From IMG/VR virus record IMGVR_UViG_3300042349_000626: DNA of 64,000 nt; one strand, 5' to 3'. The notes beneath the pieces are model-generated. The model had not been told where the DNA came from and ran no database searches. It was given only the letters and a program-made list of their open reading frames with translations. Of this stretch, positions 55,417 through 63,770 are shown piece after piece. The position numbers and the translations under genes are program-made. This stretch comes from a virus. Its lineage: Duplodnaviria > Heunggongvirae > Uroviricota > Caudoviricetes. How positions within the stretch are numbered: position 1 is the stretch's first letter; each line of letters begins with the position of its first letter.

Positions 55417-55674
55417 ATGATTCGAGTATCCGTTAGAGATCTTACACATTGTCCTGAATGCGGAACTAATTGGGTTACTTCCGCAATACCTGAGGAACGG
55501 CGAGAGCATTACTCTTGGCCATACTTCTTTTCCCGTATTAATGCTTGTTACAATATAGAAACAGATCGTACAGAATACTATCAATGTCCTGATTGTAAAC
55601 ATACATTCCCACGATTTGGTCCTGATGTCAAGACATACGAGGTTGACAAAACCGAGTATGCTACATATACTTGA
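55417..55674 (+). CDS. zinc-ribbon protein (CPEC...CPDC)
   Basis: Two CxxC pairs. Confidence 0.45.
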   Translation: MIRVSVRDLTHCPECGTNWVTSAIPEERREHYSWPYFFSRINACYNIETDRTEYYQCPDCKHTFPRFGPDVKTYEVDKTEYATYT

Positions 55675-55695
55675 TTAGTTTTTTACTTACTCCAT

Positions 55696-55848
55696 ATGAC
55701 TGTTAGCATCGAACAAGCAAACGCTATCATCAAAGAACTTCGTGAAGTAAACAGTGCTCTTCAGAAAGAAAATGAGTTTCTTCGTGATGAGCTTGAAGAA
55801 TTGAAGTTCGAACTGTCCTGTGAAATAGACAAAGAGTATGATGTCTGA
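55696..55848 (+). CDS. small coiled-coil protein (50 aa)
   Basis: Hand-translated. Confidence 0.3.
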   Translation: MTVSIEQANAIIKELREVNSALQKENEFLRDELEELKFELSCEIDKEYDV

Positions 55849-56101
55849 TCTTATTATTGACTTTGATAATCATCTCAAGCATGGTCATGTATATCTTGTA
55901 GAAGTTGCTTTGCCATTACAAGATGCTCCCGAAGATGTACCCAATTGTATCACTGCTGATGTGTATGTGATAGCAAATAATTCACATCAAGCATTGTATA
56001 TTGTTAATTCTATGTACCCTGATAATGATGGAGCAACTACAGGAGAAGAACCAATTACAGAGTACGAGTATGCTGCCCGTAGGAACAGAAGTGTATTATA
56101 A
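55838..56101 (+). CDS. hypothetical protein
   Basis: 87-aa ORF. Confidence 0.4.
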   Translation: MMSDLIIDFDNHLKHGHVYLVEVALPLQDAPEDVPNCITADVYVIANNSHQALYIVNSMYPDNDGATTGEEPITEYEYAARRNRSVL

Positions 56102-56427
56102 TAACATGTATGGTCATGTACGATTTGTATGTGAGAAATATATGACCATCTGTGTTAAAGAATTTCCAACAGAACCAGTACGGGATGTATGTTTGATCGT
56201 GTATCCCGACAGATATGATAAAGTTGAACTTGTAAGAGGAAACCATTCACACGAATTATGACTTATTTTTCTGATTTTGAACATGTGGATTACCTGGATG
56301 ATTACAACGCCAGGCAGAATATCCTACAGGATATAGAAAATGTCTATTTGAAGGACACTATCGAAACTGTCCCAAATGACTTATTAGATGAGTTTGATTT
56401 CTGTAACATCAACTGAACACATCAACA

Positions 56428-56715
56428 ATGAGCAAGTTTCAATCGACTGTCTCCACAGTAGCAGCATTGGCTAGTATTTTTGCTGCTGGTGCTGCTGGAT
56501 ATAAACTGGCACAGAATCAGCCAGAATACAAACCAGAAGAACCACAGCCTGCCATTGAACAGAAATTAACTCAATTGGAGCAGAAGCTAGAAGAAAAGCT
56601 CACCACACCCCTCCAGCAGCCCCAGCAGCAGGCTCCTGTTGTACCACAGCTGCCACCCACGCCACAAGTGCCCCCAGCTCCTCCAGAGTCCCCTACACAA
56701 GAGGTAACACCATGA
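56428..56715 (+). CDS. TM/signal peptide plus Pro/Gln-rich protein
   Basis: N-terminal hydrophobic segment, then a PQ-rich tail. Confidence 0.4.
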   Translation: MSKFQSTVSTVAALASIFAAGAAGYKLAQNQPEYKPEEPQPAIEQKLTQLEQKLEEKLTTPLQQPQQQAPVVPQLPPTPQVPPAPPESPTQEVTP

Positions 56716-56972
56716 AAATGAGAATTATTCGAAGGCCATCGTTAACAAACAATCCTGATATTCACTGGTATCATGCTCAAGTACGACGATTTGGTATTTG
56801 GGTAGAATGTCGTGATGATTTGTTCATGATGTTGAAGTATACGAGTGAGATGATGTCACAATCACATGATACTAGTCTCGAACGTGTGGAGCGTTTCGTA
56901 GAATATGCCATGAGGAAGGAAGATATGTTCCCTAAATCAAAGAACATTGTCCTCAAAGAGTATGAAACCTGA
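56712..56972 (+). CDS. hypothetical protein
   Basis: ORF, ATGA-coupled. Confidence 0.4.
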   Translation: MKMRIIRRPSLTNNPDIHWYHAQVRRFGIWVECRDDLFMMLKYTSEMMSQSHDTSLERVERFVEYAMRKEDMFPKSKNIVLKEYET

Positions 56973-57183
56973 TGTAAAAGCAAGAATCATATCATCTATT
57001 CTTGTAATCACAGCGTATTACATTACCATGTACCATGACACTGTAACAGGTGCCAAGTTATACATGGTAGCCAATGCCCTAGCACTTCCGTATATGATAC
57101 GGAATAAGTGTTGGGATGTTGTGGCTCTACTCTCTTTCCTGATCCTTGTGGGTCTCCCCAAGGTGTTGACATCCACCAACTGA
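56947..57183 (+). CDS. small membrane protein
   Basis: Hydrophobic ORF. Confidence 0.35.
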   Translation: MSSKSMKPDVKARIISSILVITAYYITMYHDTVTGAKLYMVANALALPYMIRNKCWDVVALLSFLILVGLPKVLTSTN

Positions 57184-57217
57184 TCTGCTACACTGTTCTC
57201 ATACATCACTGAAAATC

Positions 57218-57439
57218 ATGGAACACGACGAAATGTACTTTGTAATCGAAGGCAAAGCCATCACACTCGATGAGATGGGTGCCGCTGTAATCTGTAATGT
57301 CAACCAAGATGGTCAAGTTGACTGGGATTCTTTTGATCTGATTGATTGGATGGATCTCTCTCCTGATCAGTATCAATTGTACAAAGCAGTCGTTGACTTT
57401 CTTCAACAGCACACTCCTCACCCCATGTATGTCAAATGA
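57218..57439 (+). CDS. hypothetical protein, acidic
   Basis: ORF. Confidence 0.4.
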   Translation: MEHDEMYFVIEGKAITLDEMGAAVICNVNQDGQVDWDSFDLIDWMDLSPDQYQLYKAVVDFLQQHTPHPMYVK

Positions 57440-57672
57440 ACATAGTAGCAGATCACGTCAGGGAACTTGCCGAGTTAGTTCCTGTAACTCAAACTGAATA
57501 CCAACCAATTCCAAAACAATCTCTCACACCAAAAGAACAGCAACTGTTCTGGAGGTATCATGGACATTTCCCAAATGACTTCGCCCGTGGAATAGCAGAA
57601 TGTCTTCCTGAAAACTGTAAGTTTGTAACTTACGATCATCTGTCAAATAGAGTTACGGTGGAGGTAGTATGA
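57436..57672 (+). CDS. hypothetical protein
   Basis: ORF, ATGA-coupled. Confidence 0.4.
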   Translation: MNIVADHVRELAELVPVTQTEYQPIPKQSLTPKEQQLFWRYHGHFPNDFARGIAECLPENCKFVTYDHLSNRVTVEVV

Positions 57673-57914
57673 CACCAGATCAAGAACAACGACAACAAGA
57701 AAGAGAGTATGAGTCTGTGTCTGAGCAATCAGACCAGATTTTATTATACATGCAAGATCGCTTTCAAGAATTGATGTCTGAGAATCGTATGGATGATGCC
57801 ATTGCCTTAGGTGATGAGTATATCGAATGGATTGGTCAGTATCCTGATGAAGTGTTCTTGTATTACAATGAGAAAGAACTGAAACAGGATTACAAGGAAA
57901 GAAAACGTAAATGA
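57669..57914 (+). CDS. hypothetical protein
   Basis: ORF. Confidence 0.4.
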   Translation: MTPDQEQRQQEREYESVSEQSDQILLYMQDRFQELMSENRMDDAIALGDEYIEWIGQYPDEVFLYYNEKELKQDYKERKRK

Positions 57915-58489
57915 TACACACATTCACCCCAGAGTTTTTCTTTTATCATTCCATACCAAATCACCAACAACACAAGGAGATTATTCTTCCTAAACTAGAG
58001 AAGGATAAAGATCGTGCTTTTCGTGCTACTGCTAATGGTACATGTATTACTACTAGTACACTGAGTAACTTTGATTTGTTTCATGAAGAGTTTGTACGAG
58101 AAGTGATCTGGAATCCATTTAATCAAATGTTAAGTGAGTTTGATATTCATTTGAATAAGATTAAATTGACGAATTCAAAGGTGAATGCTGTGTGGTGGAA
58201 TTACTACGAACCAAATGAAATCTGTCATCCACATAGGCATTATCAATCAGATTTCACAGGAATCTATCTTCTACATCTAGAAGAACCCAATCCAACAAGA
58301 TTTCTACCAACGAATAATTCGTCAAATACTTATCCATTGTTCGATGGTATTGTATTGTCTGAACAATGTAAAGAAGGAGATGTATTAATCTTTCCAGGTA
58401 AGATTCTACATTGGACTGTACCTATCTCAACACCACGTTGGATTGTTGCTTTTGACATTAATGTGGGCAGCTATCACAAGAGTATTTGA
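57911..58489 (+). CDS. hypothetical protein; weak resemblance to cupin/2OG-Fe(II) oxygenase (HPHRH...H)
   Basis: 192-aa ORF; the His cluster is only suggestive. Confidence 0.35.
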   Translation: MIHTFTPEFFFYHSIPNHQQHKEIILPKLEKDKDRAFRATANGTCITTSTLSNFDLFHEEFVREVIWNPFNQMLSEFDIHLNKIKLTNSKVNAVWWNYYEPNEICHPHRHYQSDFTGIYLLHLEEPNPTRFLPTNNSSNTYPLFDGIVLSEQCKEGDVLIFPGKILHWTVPISTPRWIVAFDINVGSYHKSI

Positions 58490-58761
58490 TTGTGCCACTG
58501 ATTCAACTGGCACACACCACTCACCAACACCACTCAGCAGCCCCTACAATAAGCACAGTTCAAACAACTCACATGAACACCACTGTCACCATCACTCTCA
58601 CTCCTGAGCAGCGTACAGCTCTTGCTGATGCTCTTTATATTCGAGCAATGGATCTTCAAGCCAACGTTCATGGAACAGATCGTAATGTGGCAATGAATGA
58701 AGTTGCTGCTTGTTTGCTCGATCAAATGGATTATCCTGTACATGAATGGATGAATGTATGA
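58486..58761 (+). CDS. hypothetical protein
   Basis: ORF. Confidence 0.35.
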   Translation: MIVPLIQLAHTTHQHHSAAPTISTVQTTHMNTTVTITLTPEQRTALADALYIRAMDLQANVHGTDRNVAMNEVAACLLDQMDYPVHEWMNV

Positions 58762-59261
58762 TCAAAGCAGCAGTATTTTGTGGTAAAATCATTCCTGGTT
58801 ACTATGTTTCCACCGATGGACGTGTATTCACTACTAGAATCAGAATCAGAAACAAAGGAAAGATTACTCGGTTTGACAACACAGGACCAATGGTAGAAAT
58901 GATACAAACAAGATGGAATAAAAAACAAGATTACCTATCTGTTCGCCTAGCAATACCATATGGATTATTACCCAATGATGAACACTACCAAAAGAAAAGA
59001 AAAAATTTAAATTGTACAACATATCAACGTAGAGTATATGTTCATAGGTTAGTAATGGAAACATATAAACCAATAGAAAAGTATCCACCTGATAGATTGA
59101 AAACACATTGGAAAGAATTACCATCACCAGTCAAAGAGATTATAAGTGAAATGATCTATGTTAATCATATGGATCATGTACAAACAAATAATCATGTAAG
59201 TAATCTTGAATGGGTAACACCACAAGAAAACTCTATTAGGGCAGCTACTTTCCGCAGGTAG
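58746..59261 (+). CDS. HNH homing endonuclease, second copy, AT-rich island
   Basis: YYVSTDGRVFT...VHRLV...VNHMDHVQTNNHVSNLEWVTPQEN is a classic phage HNH homing-endonuclease signature. Confidence 0.75.
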   Translation: MDECMIKAAVFCGKIIPGYYVSTDGRVFTTRIRIRNKGKITRFDNTGPMVEMIQTRWNKKQDYLSVRLAIPYGLLPNDEHYQKKRKNLNCTTYQRRVYVHRLVMETYKPIEKYPPDRLKTHWKELPSPVKEIISEMIYVNHMDHVQTNNHVSNLEWVTPQENSIRAATFRR

Positions 59262-59302
59262 AGTATCCAGTGTATGACTGAGATGTTCTCAATGATACCT
59301 TT

Positions 59303-59343
59303 GAGTTTTCCACATACCTGTGGAAAAACCTGTGGAAAACTAG
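59303..59343. repeat. hairpin repeat copy 1 (AGTTTTCCACA-N4-CCTGTGGAAAA..CTAG)
   Basis: Inverted repeat TTTTCCACA/TGTGGAAAA. Direct repeat of 59553-59587. Confidence 0.5.
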
Positions 59344-59552
59344 TATATTAATAAATGTTTAAAAAAACATAGTTGAGTGTTTTGAATTGCTCACATAAGC
59401 TTTCGTTAATTGTTGCTGAAAGCATGGAAATGTACGGAGGTGTTGTTGTCTAAGCCCGCCACCACTCGAAAGTCAAGGATTTATGTGCCAGTTCTCCAAG
59501 TGTCACACAGGGGCTTGACAAATAGTTCTATATATGCTTCGAGCACCTCCAA

Positions 59553-59587
59553 GATAGTTTTCCACAACCCTGTGGAAAAACTCCTAG
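59553..59587. repeat. hairpin repeat copy 2
   Basis: Same 30-35 bp unit. The two copies flank about 210 bp of structured non-coding sequence. Confidence 0.5.
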
Positions 59588-59600
59588 CCACTTCGAGGAC

Positions 59601-59641
59601 TGGCACAGGGGGTTGACAAGCCCAGAAAAACCTGCTACACT
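59601..59641 (+). promoter_or_regulatory. sigma70-like promoter TGGCACA-G5-TTGACA(59613)-17-TACACT(59636), no hairpin
   Basis: Exact spacing. Shares AAAACCTGCTACA with the tRNA-cluster promoter. Confidence 0.55.
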
Positions 59642-59656
59642 GTATTCATGAAGTTC

Positions 59657-59733
59657 GGAAATCTCAAAAATCGAGAAATCCCAAAAATCCAAAAAACTCA
59701 AAAACTTGAAATTTAAGGTTTTTGAGATTTTCC
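59657..59733. repeat. A-tract iterons (AAATCTCAAAAA x3-4 at ~10-11 bp phasing) bracketed by the imperfect inverted repeat GGAAATCTCAAAAA / TTTTTGAGATTTTCC
   Basis: Seen directly. A similar array lies at 61125-61190. Confidence 0.45.
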
Positions 59734-59764
59734 AAAAACTTCAAAGTTAAACTTTAACATTTAA

Positions 59765-60001
59765 TTGATGAACATGAAAACCATTAACAACATTGATTCT
59801 ACTGCTATTAACACTGTAACACAAGATAGTGATAACCTTGTTACTATTACATTTAACAGTGGTAAGAGCTATAATTACCGTGATACCACTGGTAATTTTG
59901 TAAATACCGTTGAGAATGCTGTAGAAAACAACCAAAGTGTTGGTCGTTTGTTCAATCGAGCACTAAAAGAAGATCAAACTCTTCAACTAGTCACTGTTTG
60001 A
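59765..60001 (+). CDS. hypothetical protein, AT-rich
   Basis: 78-aa ORF. Confidence 0.4.
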   Translation: MMNMKTINNIDSTAINTVTQDSDNLVTITFNSGKSYNYRDTTGNFVNTVENAVENNQSVGRLFNRALKEDQTLQLVTV

Positions 60002-60050
60002 ACAATAAATAACCCAAATACCACAACAACTGGAGTAAATTGAGTTAAAA

Positions 60051-60209
60051 ATGGCAAAAACAAGTCGTAAGTACACAGATCCCGTTAAAGATCTGCCCCT
60101 TGAAGATGACTACGAGAATTTTGGATACGATATCCAAAACGCTAAACGTTATTCCACAAGGAACAAACGCCAGACCAAATTCAAGGACTACGATGATTAT
60201 GGTGAGTGA
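60051..60209 (+). CDS. small basic/acidic protein (52 aa)
   Basis: Hand-translated. Confidence 0.3.
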   Translation: MAKTSRKYTDPVKDLPLEDDYENFGYDIQNAKRYSTRNKRQTKFKDYDDYGE

Positions 60210-60221
60210 ATAAAATATTTC

Positions 60222-60250
60222 AAGGGGGGCATTAGCCCCTCTTTTTTTAT
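60222..60250 (+). terminator. intrinsic terminator (GGGGGGC-ATTA-GCCCCTC then T7)
   Basis: 7-bp GC stem plus U-run after ORF 60051. Confidence 0.6.
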
Positions 60251-60410
60251 ACACATCCACAAGGGCATTCATAGCACGTTTAGGTGCCCCTGCCTCTATG
60301 ACACTGTGACACTTCGGCAAGTGGCATAGAGGGGCTTCCAGGGGGCTCTCAGGGGTGCCATACTATGTTCATCGGGGGAACACCCCGACCCACACTACTC
60401 AAAGGATCAA

Positions 60411-60590
60411 ATGACCTCTCAGCAACTGCTCCAGACCGCTCGTAACGTGCTCACCGCCACTTCGAGCGACACTGGTCGTCCTGCCCTTCGGAAGGCTGCC
60501 ATGGCAGCTGGTCGTACCCAACAGCAGGTGGACAAGGCTAGCACCATGCGTCTGGCACTGTGGAGCCGTGGCTTTAAGTCCGCCATCTGA
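60411..60590 (+). CDS. small GC-rich hypothetical protein (59 aa)
   Basis: Hand-translated; AAGGA RBS. The track shows only minus-strand shadows here. Confidence 0.4.
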   Translation: MTSQQLLQTARNVLTATSSDTGRPALRKAAMAAGRTQQQVDKASTMRLALWSRGFKSAI

Positions 60591-60592
60591 AC

Positions 60593-60634
60593 TGGCACAA
60601 GGGGGTTGACACCAGCCCCCACCCATGTTATTCT
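60593..60634 (+). promoter_or_regulatory. composite element: TGGCACA-AGGGGG-TTGACA(60606) in a GGGGG/CCCCC hairpin -17- TATTCT(60629)
   Basis: Just after the stop of ORF 60411. Confidence 0.5.
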
Positions 60635-60657
60635 TGATCTGTACCTGAGAAATCCAA

Positions 60658-60825
60658 ATGGATTACTTCAACACCAACATCGTTGCCCGTCATGAAGACA
60701 CCACCATGCTGAATGCTTGGATGGTTGAACACTTCAACTTCGTGCTTTCTATGCCTTGGTTGACTGATGCTGAGATTGACATGTATGAAGATGAGAAAGC
60801 AATGTACCTTTGTTACGATGTATGA
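60658..60825 (+). CDS. hypothetical protein (55 aa)
   Basis: Hand-translated. Confidence 0.3.
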   Translation: MDYFNTNIVARHEDTTMLNAWMVEHFNFVLSMPWLTDAEIDMYEDEKAMYLCYDV

Positions 60826-60910
60826 TGGTTGACACTTACAACTTTACTGGTGACGCTGTGACAGTTCTAGGACTGGTCGGTGTCATCTCCACTGGCATCA
60901 TCCTGGTGCT

Positions 60911-61123
60911 ATGCTTCACTCGTTACTACAACTCACCCCTTCGGAAATGATGGATCGTCAAGTTCTTCAAGAACAACTTGTTCAACAAATGTTGGATGAC
61001 ATGGATCTTAAAACAGTGATGTCATTGTGTTATGACTATCTTCAAGAGGGTTATGATAAGTATAGTGATGAAGAATTGAAGGAAGAGGTAGAACAGTATT
61101 ATCCTGAAATTTTAGAAAACTAA
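60911..61123 (+). CDS. hypothetical acidic protein
   Basis: 70-aa ORF. Confidence 0.4.
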   Translation: MLHSLLQLTPSEMMDRQVLQEQLVQQMLDDMDLKTVMSLCYDYLQEGYDKYSDEELKEEVEQYYPEILEN

Positions 61124-61140
61124 AAAATCTAAAAATCTCA

Positions 61141-61190
61141 AAAACTGAGAAATCTAAAAAACTCAAAAGTTAAGATTTCTCAGTTTTTTT
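61141..61190 (+). terminator. long AU-rich hairpin (15-bp stem AAAACTGAGAAATCT/AGATTTCTCAGTTTT, 17-nt loop) ending in a T-run; sits in the second A-tract array
   Basis: Perfect inverted repeat 18 nt after the stop of ORF 60911. Confidence 0.45.
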
Positions 61191-61325
61191 AACATTAAAC
61201 TTTAATCTTTAATCTTATGTCTAATATATTAACCTTTCAAGATTATATAAAGAATGAATTAGAAGAACAAGATATAAAGAATAAAGAATACGAATACGAT
61301 GACTATAGTATAACTACAGATATAG

Positions 61326-61382
61326 ATTATACTACTCAAGAGTAGTATATTATACCCTCTAGACCACAATCTAGAGGGTATT
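61326..61382. other. two tandem perfect hairpins (ATATACTACTC/GAGTAGTATAT and ACCCTCTAGA/TCTAGAGGGT), the second followed by TTTTAGTGTTT
   Basis: Seen directly. Could be a bidirectional terminator or a structured RNA. Confidence 0.45.
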
Positions 61383-61433
61383 TTAGTGTTTGTCAAGGGG
61401 TGCTGTGCCACTTTCTGAACTGTCCACTCCCCC

Positions 61434-61462
61434 TTGACACCGCTGGTTGTTGTTGCTATGCT
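61434..61462 (+). promoter_or_regulatory. sigma70-like promoter TTGACA(61434)-17-TATGCT(61457). A divergent TGGCACA-GCACCCC-TTGACA element lies on the minus strand at 61391-61410
   Basis: Plus-strand promoter before gene 61519. A second TATACT..CAACCCACCA leader sits at 61482-61500. Confidence 0.45.
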
Positions 61463-61518
61463 TGGTGTGTGGTTGAGAGAAGTATACTCAACCCACCAAT
61501 CAATTCTTAACAACAACC

Positions 61519-61758
61519 ATGAACAACGAGTTTGTGAAGTCTTTCGTGTCCACCCTGATGTATAATCTAGCAACGGTGGTTGCTATCATCGTGGGTGTGG
61601 CACTGTTTGTTGCTAACCGTGCCCAGCAGTGGTACAACTCAGGCGGGCGAGAAACCCTCCTAAAGTATACTCAACGTGTGCTGCTGTTTGTGAGTTCTAC
61701 CACAGAAAAAGCCTACTATTGGGCATGTGATGTGACAGAATCTGAACTGGCACACTAA
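61519..61758 (+). CDS. small membrane protein
   Basis: 79-aa ORF with an N-terminal TM helix. Its last codons encode the TGGCACA motif. Confidence 0.45.
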   Translation: MNNEFVKSFVSTLMYNLATVVAIIVGVALFVANRAQQWYNSGGRETLLKYTQRVLLFVSSTTEKAYYWACDVTESELAH

Positions 61759-61803
61759 CACCCCCAGGGGGGCATCGTGCCCCCTATACTGAACAAGTCA
61801 ACA
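61747..61803 (+). promoter_or_regulatory. composite element plus conserved leader: TGGCACA-GGGGGCA/TGCCCCC hairpin-TATACT(61785)-GAACAAGTCAAC
   Basis: Copy 1 of the 20-mer CTATACTGAACAAGTCAAC(C). Confidence 0.5.
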
Positions 61804-61813
61804 CAATTCTATT

Positions 61814-62005
61814 ATGTTTGACCTCGCTTTTGTCACTCCTAAATCTAAAAAAGCAAAGAACAGATTTGCTAACCTGATGAACAGCAACCCAGAGTGTATT
61901 GTGGAACAAATTAAAGAGAACCGTGTGTTCCTTCGTTCTCACAATGGGAAGAACTTCTTCTGGGTTGCTGTCAAGAATGACCCAGACTGGAGTGTAGACT
62001 TCTGA
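61814..62005 (+). CDS. hypothetical protein
   Basis: 63-aa ORF 24 nt after the -10. Confidence 0.4.
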   Translation: MFDLAFVTPKSKKAKNRFANLMNSNPECIVEQIKENRVFLRSHNGKNFFWVAVKNDPDWSVDF

Positions 62006-62010
62006 CCCTG

Positions 62011-62081
62011 TGCCAGTTGGGGCACTGTCCACCAACACCAGCAGGGGGCACCACCAGCCCCCTATACTGAACAAGTCAACC
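62011..62081 (+). promoter_or_regulatory. composite element plus leader: inverted TGTGCCA, GGGGGC/GCCCCC hairpin, TATACT(62063), leader copy 2
   Basis: 20-mer CTATACTGAACAAGTCAACC at 62062-62081. Confidence 0.5.
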
Positions 62082-62096
62082 AAACGACACCCGATC

Positions 62097-62825
62097 ATGC
62101 TTCACTTCTCCCACGGCAACGCTAAGCTTGGCAAGGGCACAGTGATTTTCAACCTGCCTGCTGGCAGCACCTGCCCAGGTGCTCTCCAGTGCTTCTCCAT
62201 GGCGGTTGCTGATGCTAACGGCAAGCGTTCGATTGTTGACGGTCAACACACCCAATTCCGCTGCTTTGCTGCTTCTTCTGAGGTTCAGTATGACGCTGTT
62301 TATGCCAACCGCCAGCACAACTTTAAAACAATTGTTGAAGCTCTCAAGTCTGGCAATTGTGCTGATTTTATTAACACCGAACTCCAGAAAGCACGCAAAA
62401 AGAATACTAAACTCGTCCGAATTCATGAGTCTGGTGACTTCTTCTCTGCCGCCTATCTGCTCTCGTGGATGCTTGTTGCTCAGGCAAATCCTGATCTGAA
62501 GTTCTACTGCTACAGCAAGAATCTGCCACTGTTTGTTGGTTTGGTGTTGCCCTCTAACTTCTACTTCACTGCCTCCTATGGTGGTAAGTTCGACTATCTC
62601 ATCGATGAGGGCAAGTTTACACGCTACGCCAAGGTGTTCATGACCGAAGCTGATGCTAACGCTGCTGGTCTTAAGTTAGATTCACAGGATCAGTCTTGCT
62701 TTGAGGAAGGTCCCTTCGCTCTGCTGGTTCACGGCACCCAACCCAAGGGCAGCGAGTGGGGCAAAGCAGCGAGGGCAAACCGTAAGATCCAGAAGGCTAA
62801 AGTCAAGCAGCCTCAGCCAGTCTGA
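62097..62825 (+). CDS. hypothetical Cys-rich protein (true start ATG 62097)
   Basis: 242-aa ORF, GC-rich. CPGALQC motif. Confidence 0.5.
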   Translation: MLHFSHGNAKLGKGTVIFNLPAGSTCPGALQCFSMAVADANGKRSIVDGQHTQFRCFAASSEVQYDAVYANRQHNFKTIVEALKSGNCADFINTELQKARKKNTKLVRIHESGDFFSAAYLLSWMLVAQANPDLKFYCYSKNLPLFVGLVLPSNFYFTASYGGKFDYLIDEGKFTRYAKVFMTEADANAAGLKLDSQDQSCFEEGPFALLVHGTQPKGSEWGKAARANRKIQKAKVKQPQPV

Positions 62826-62829
62826 CAAG

Positions 62830-62886
62830 TGGCACACAGGGGGCAGCAATGCCCCCACCCCACCCCCTATACTGAACAAGTCAACC
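62830..62886 (+). promoter_or_regulatory. composite element plus leader copy 3: TGGCACA-GGGGGCA/TGCCCCC hairpin-TATACT(62868)-GAACAAGTCAACC
   Basis: Seen directly; starts 5 nt after the stop of ORF 62097. Confidence 0.5.
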
Positions 62887-62897
62887 ACAGGCACCCC

Positions 62898-63167
62898 ATG
62901 ACCTACGCCTTCACCGACACCGTACAGATCGATGAGCAGTGGGAGATCCCCACCAACCTCGACGCCGTTCTCTCTAAGGTGGACGAAATCCTGGAGAATC
63001 GGTATTGCATCTGGGGAGAATTCACCACCAGTGGTGACAACGAGTGGGCAACAGATCTGGCGATCCAAGGTATCCTGGAGGGCAAGAATCCTTCGGAGAT
63101 TGCTGATACAATCGCCAGTGAGTATGACCCCACCCCCGACATCATGCCTATCGGGGAGATGTTCTGA
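62898..63167 (+). CDS. hypothetical acidic protein
   Basis: 89-aa ORF (ATG 62898). Confidence 0.45.
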   Translation: MTYAFTDTVQIDEQWEIPTNLDAVLSKVDEILENRYCIWGEFTTSGDNEWATDLAIQGILEGKNPSEIADTIASEYDPTPDIMPIGEMF

Positions 63168-63169
63168 AA

Positions 63170-63230
63170 TGTTACAGGGGCATCCACAGGGGTGCCCCTC
63201 CCCATGCTAGAATTCCAGAGTCAACCACAC
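63170..63230 (+). promoter_or_regulatory. variant element: AGGGGCA/TGCCCCT hairpin-GCTAGAAT-CCAGAGTCAACCACAC leader
   Basis: Same layout with -10-like TAGAAT and an AGTCAACCACA leader. Confidence 0.4.
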
Positions 63231-63238
63231 AGCCACCG

Positions 63239-63400
63239 ATGAGAATCGAAGTCCGCTACCAGACCCCCTACAACCACACCGAGTGGCGGTCTCAGTGGTT
63301 CCCCACCCTGGAGGAGGCACAGCGTATGGTAGAATTCTACCTGAGCTGTGGATCACCCTCCCACATCGCCCCCAGCAGCCTCGCCCAGTTCGACCGATGA
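63239..63400 (+). CDS. hypothetical protein (53 aa)
   Basis: Hand-translated, GC-rich. Confidence 0.3.
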   Translation: MRIEVRYQTPYNHTEWRSQWFPTLEEAQRMVEFYLSCGSPSHIAPSSLAQFDR

Positions 63401-63567
63401 TCAACCGCCTCTCTGCCGCCATCCTCGCCACCGCTGCTCTGGGCATCACGGTGGGGCTGCCGCTGTTCTCCTGCCTCAGGGATAGTAAGGCACTCCAGAG
63501 CACCGCCCCCCTGTGCCACCCCACAGAGCGGCTGAGCGACTGCCTGGATCAGCTGCCCACCGTCTAG
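63397..63567 (+). CDS. small membrane/secreted protein (56 aa)
   Basis: ATGA-coupled; hydrophobic N-terminus. Confidence 0.35.
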   Translation: MINRLSAAILATAALGITVGLPLFSCLRDSKALQSTAPLCHPTERLSDCLDQLPTV

Positions 63568-63593
63568 ACTGAATCACGACGACACCCACCCCC

Positions 63594-63770
63594 ATGATCA
63601 AGACCATCGCTCTGCTCTGCCTCGGTGCTGCCTTCTACGCCCCCATCGCTGCTGTAGGATCTGCTGCTGTGGGGTTCGCTGCCGACACCGTGAGCAGCCT
63701 CAACGCCGCCACCGCTGCCCGTTGTGACACCTACAATTCTGTCCTCCCTGGTGCTTGCCAGATGCCTTGA
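63594..63770 (+). CDS. small protein with signal-peptide-like N-terminus (58 aa)
   Basis: Hand-translated MIKTIALLCLGAAFYAPIAA... Confidence 0.35.
   Translation: MIKTIALLCLGAAFYAPIAAVGSAAVGFAADTVSSLNAATAARCDTYNSVLPGACQMP

Noticed and set aside
59410-59616. 68-aa ORF 59410-59616 as a gene
   Set aside because: It crosses a hairpin repeat and the 59601 promoter and has no RBS. The interval is better explained as structured non-coding DNA.
59657-59733. A-tract direct repeats as a CRISPR array
   Set aside because: The units are about 11 bp, A-rich and imperfect, with no 25-40-bp repeat/spacer alternation and no cas genes. No CRISPR array is present in the window.
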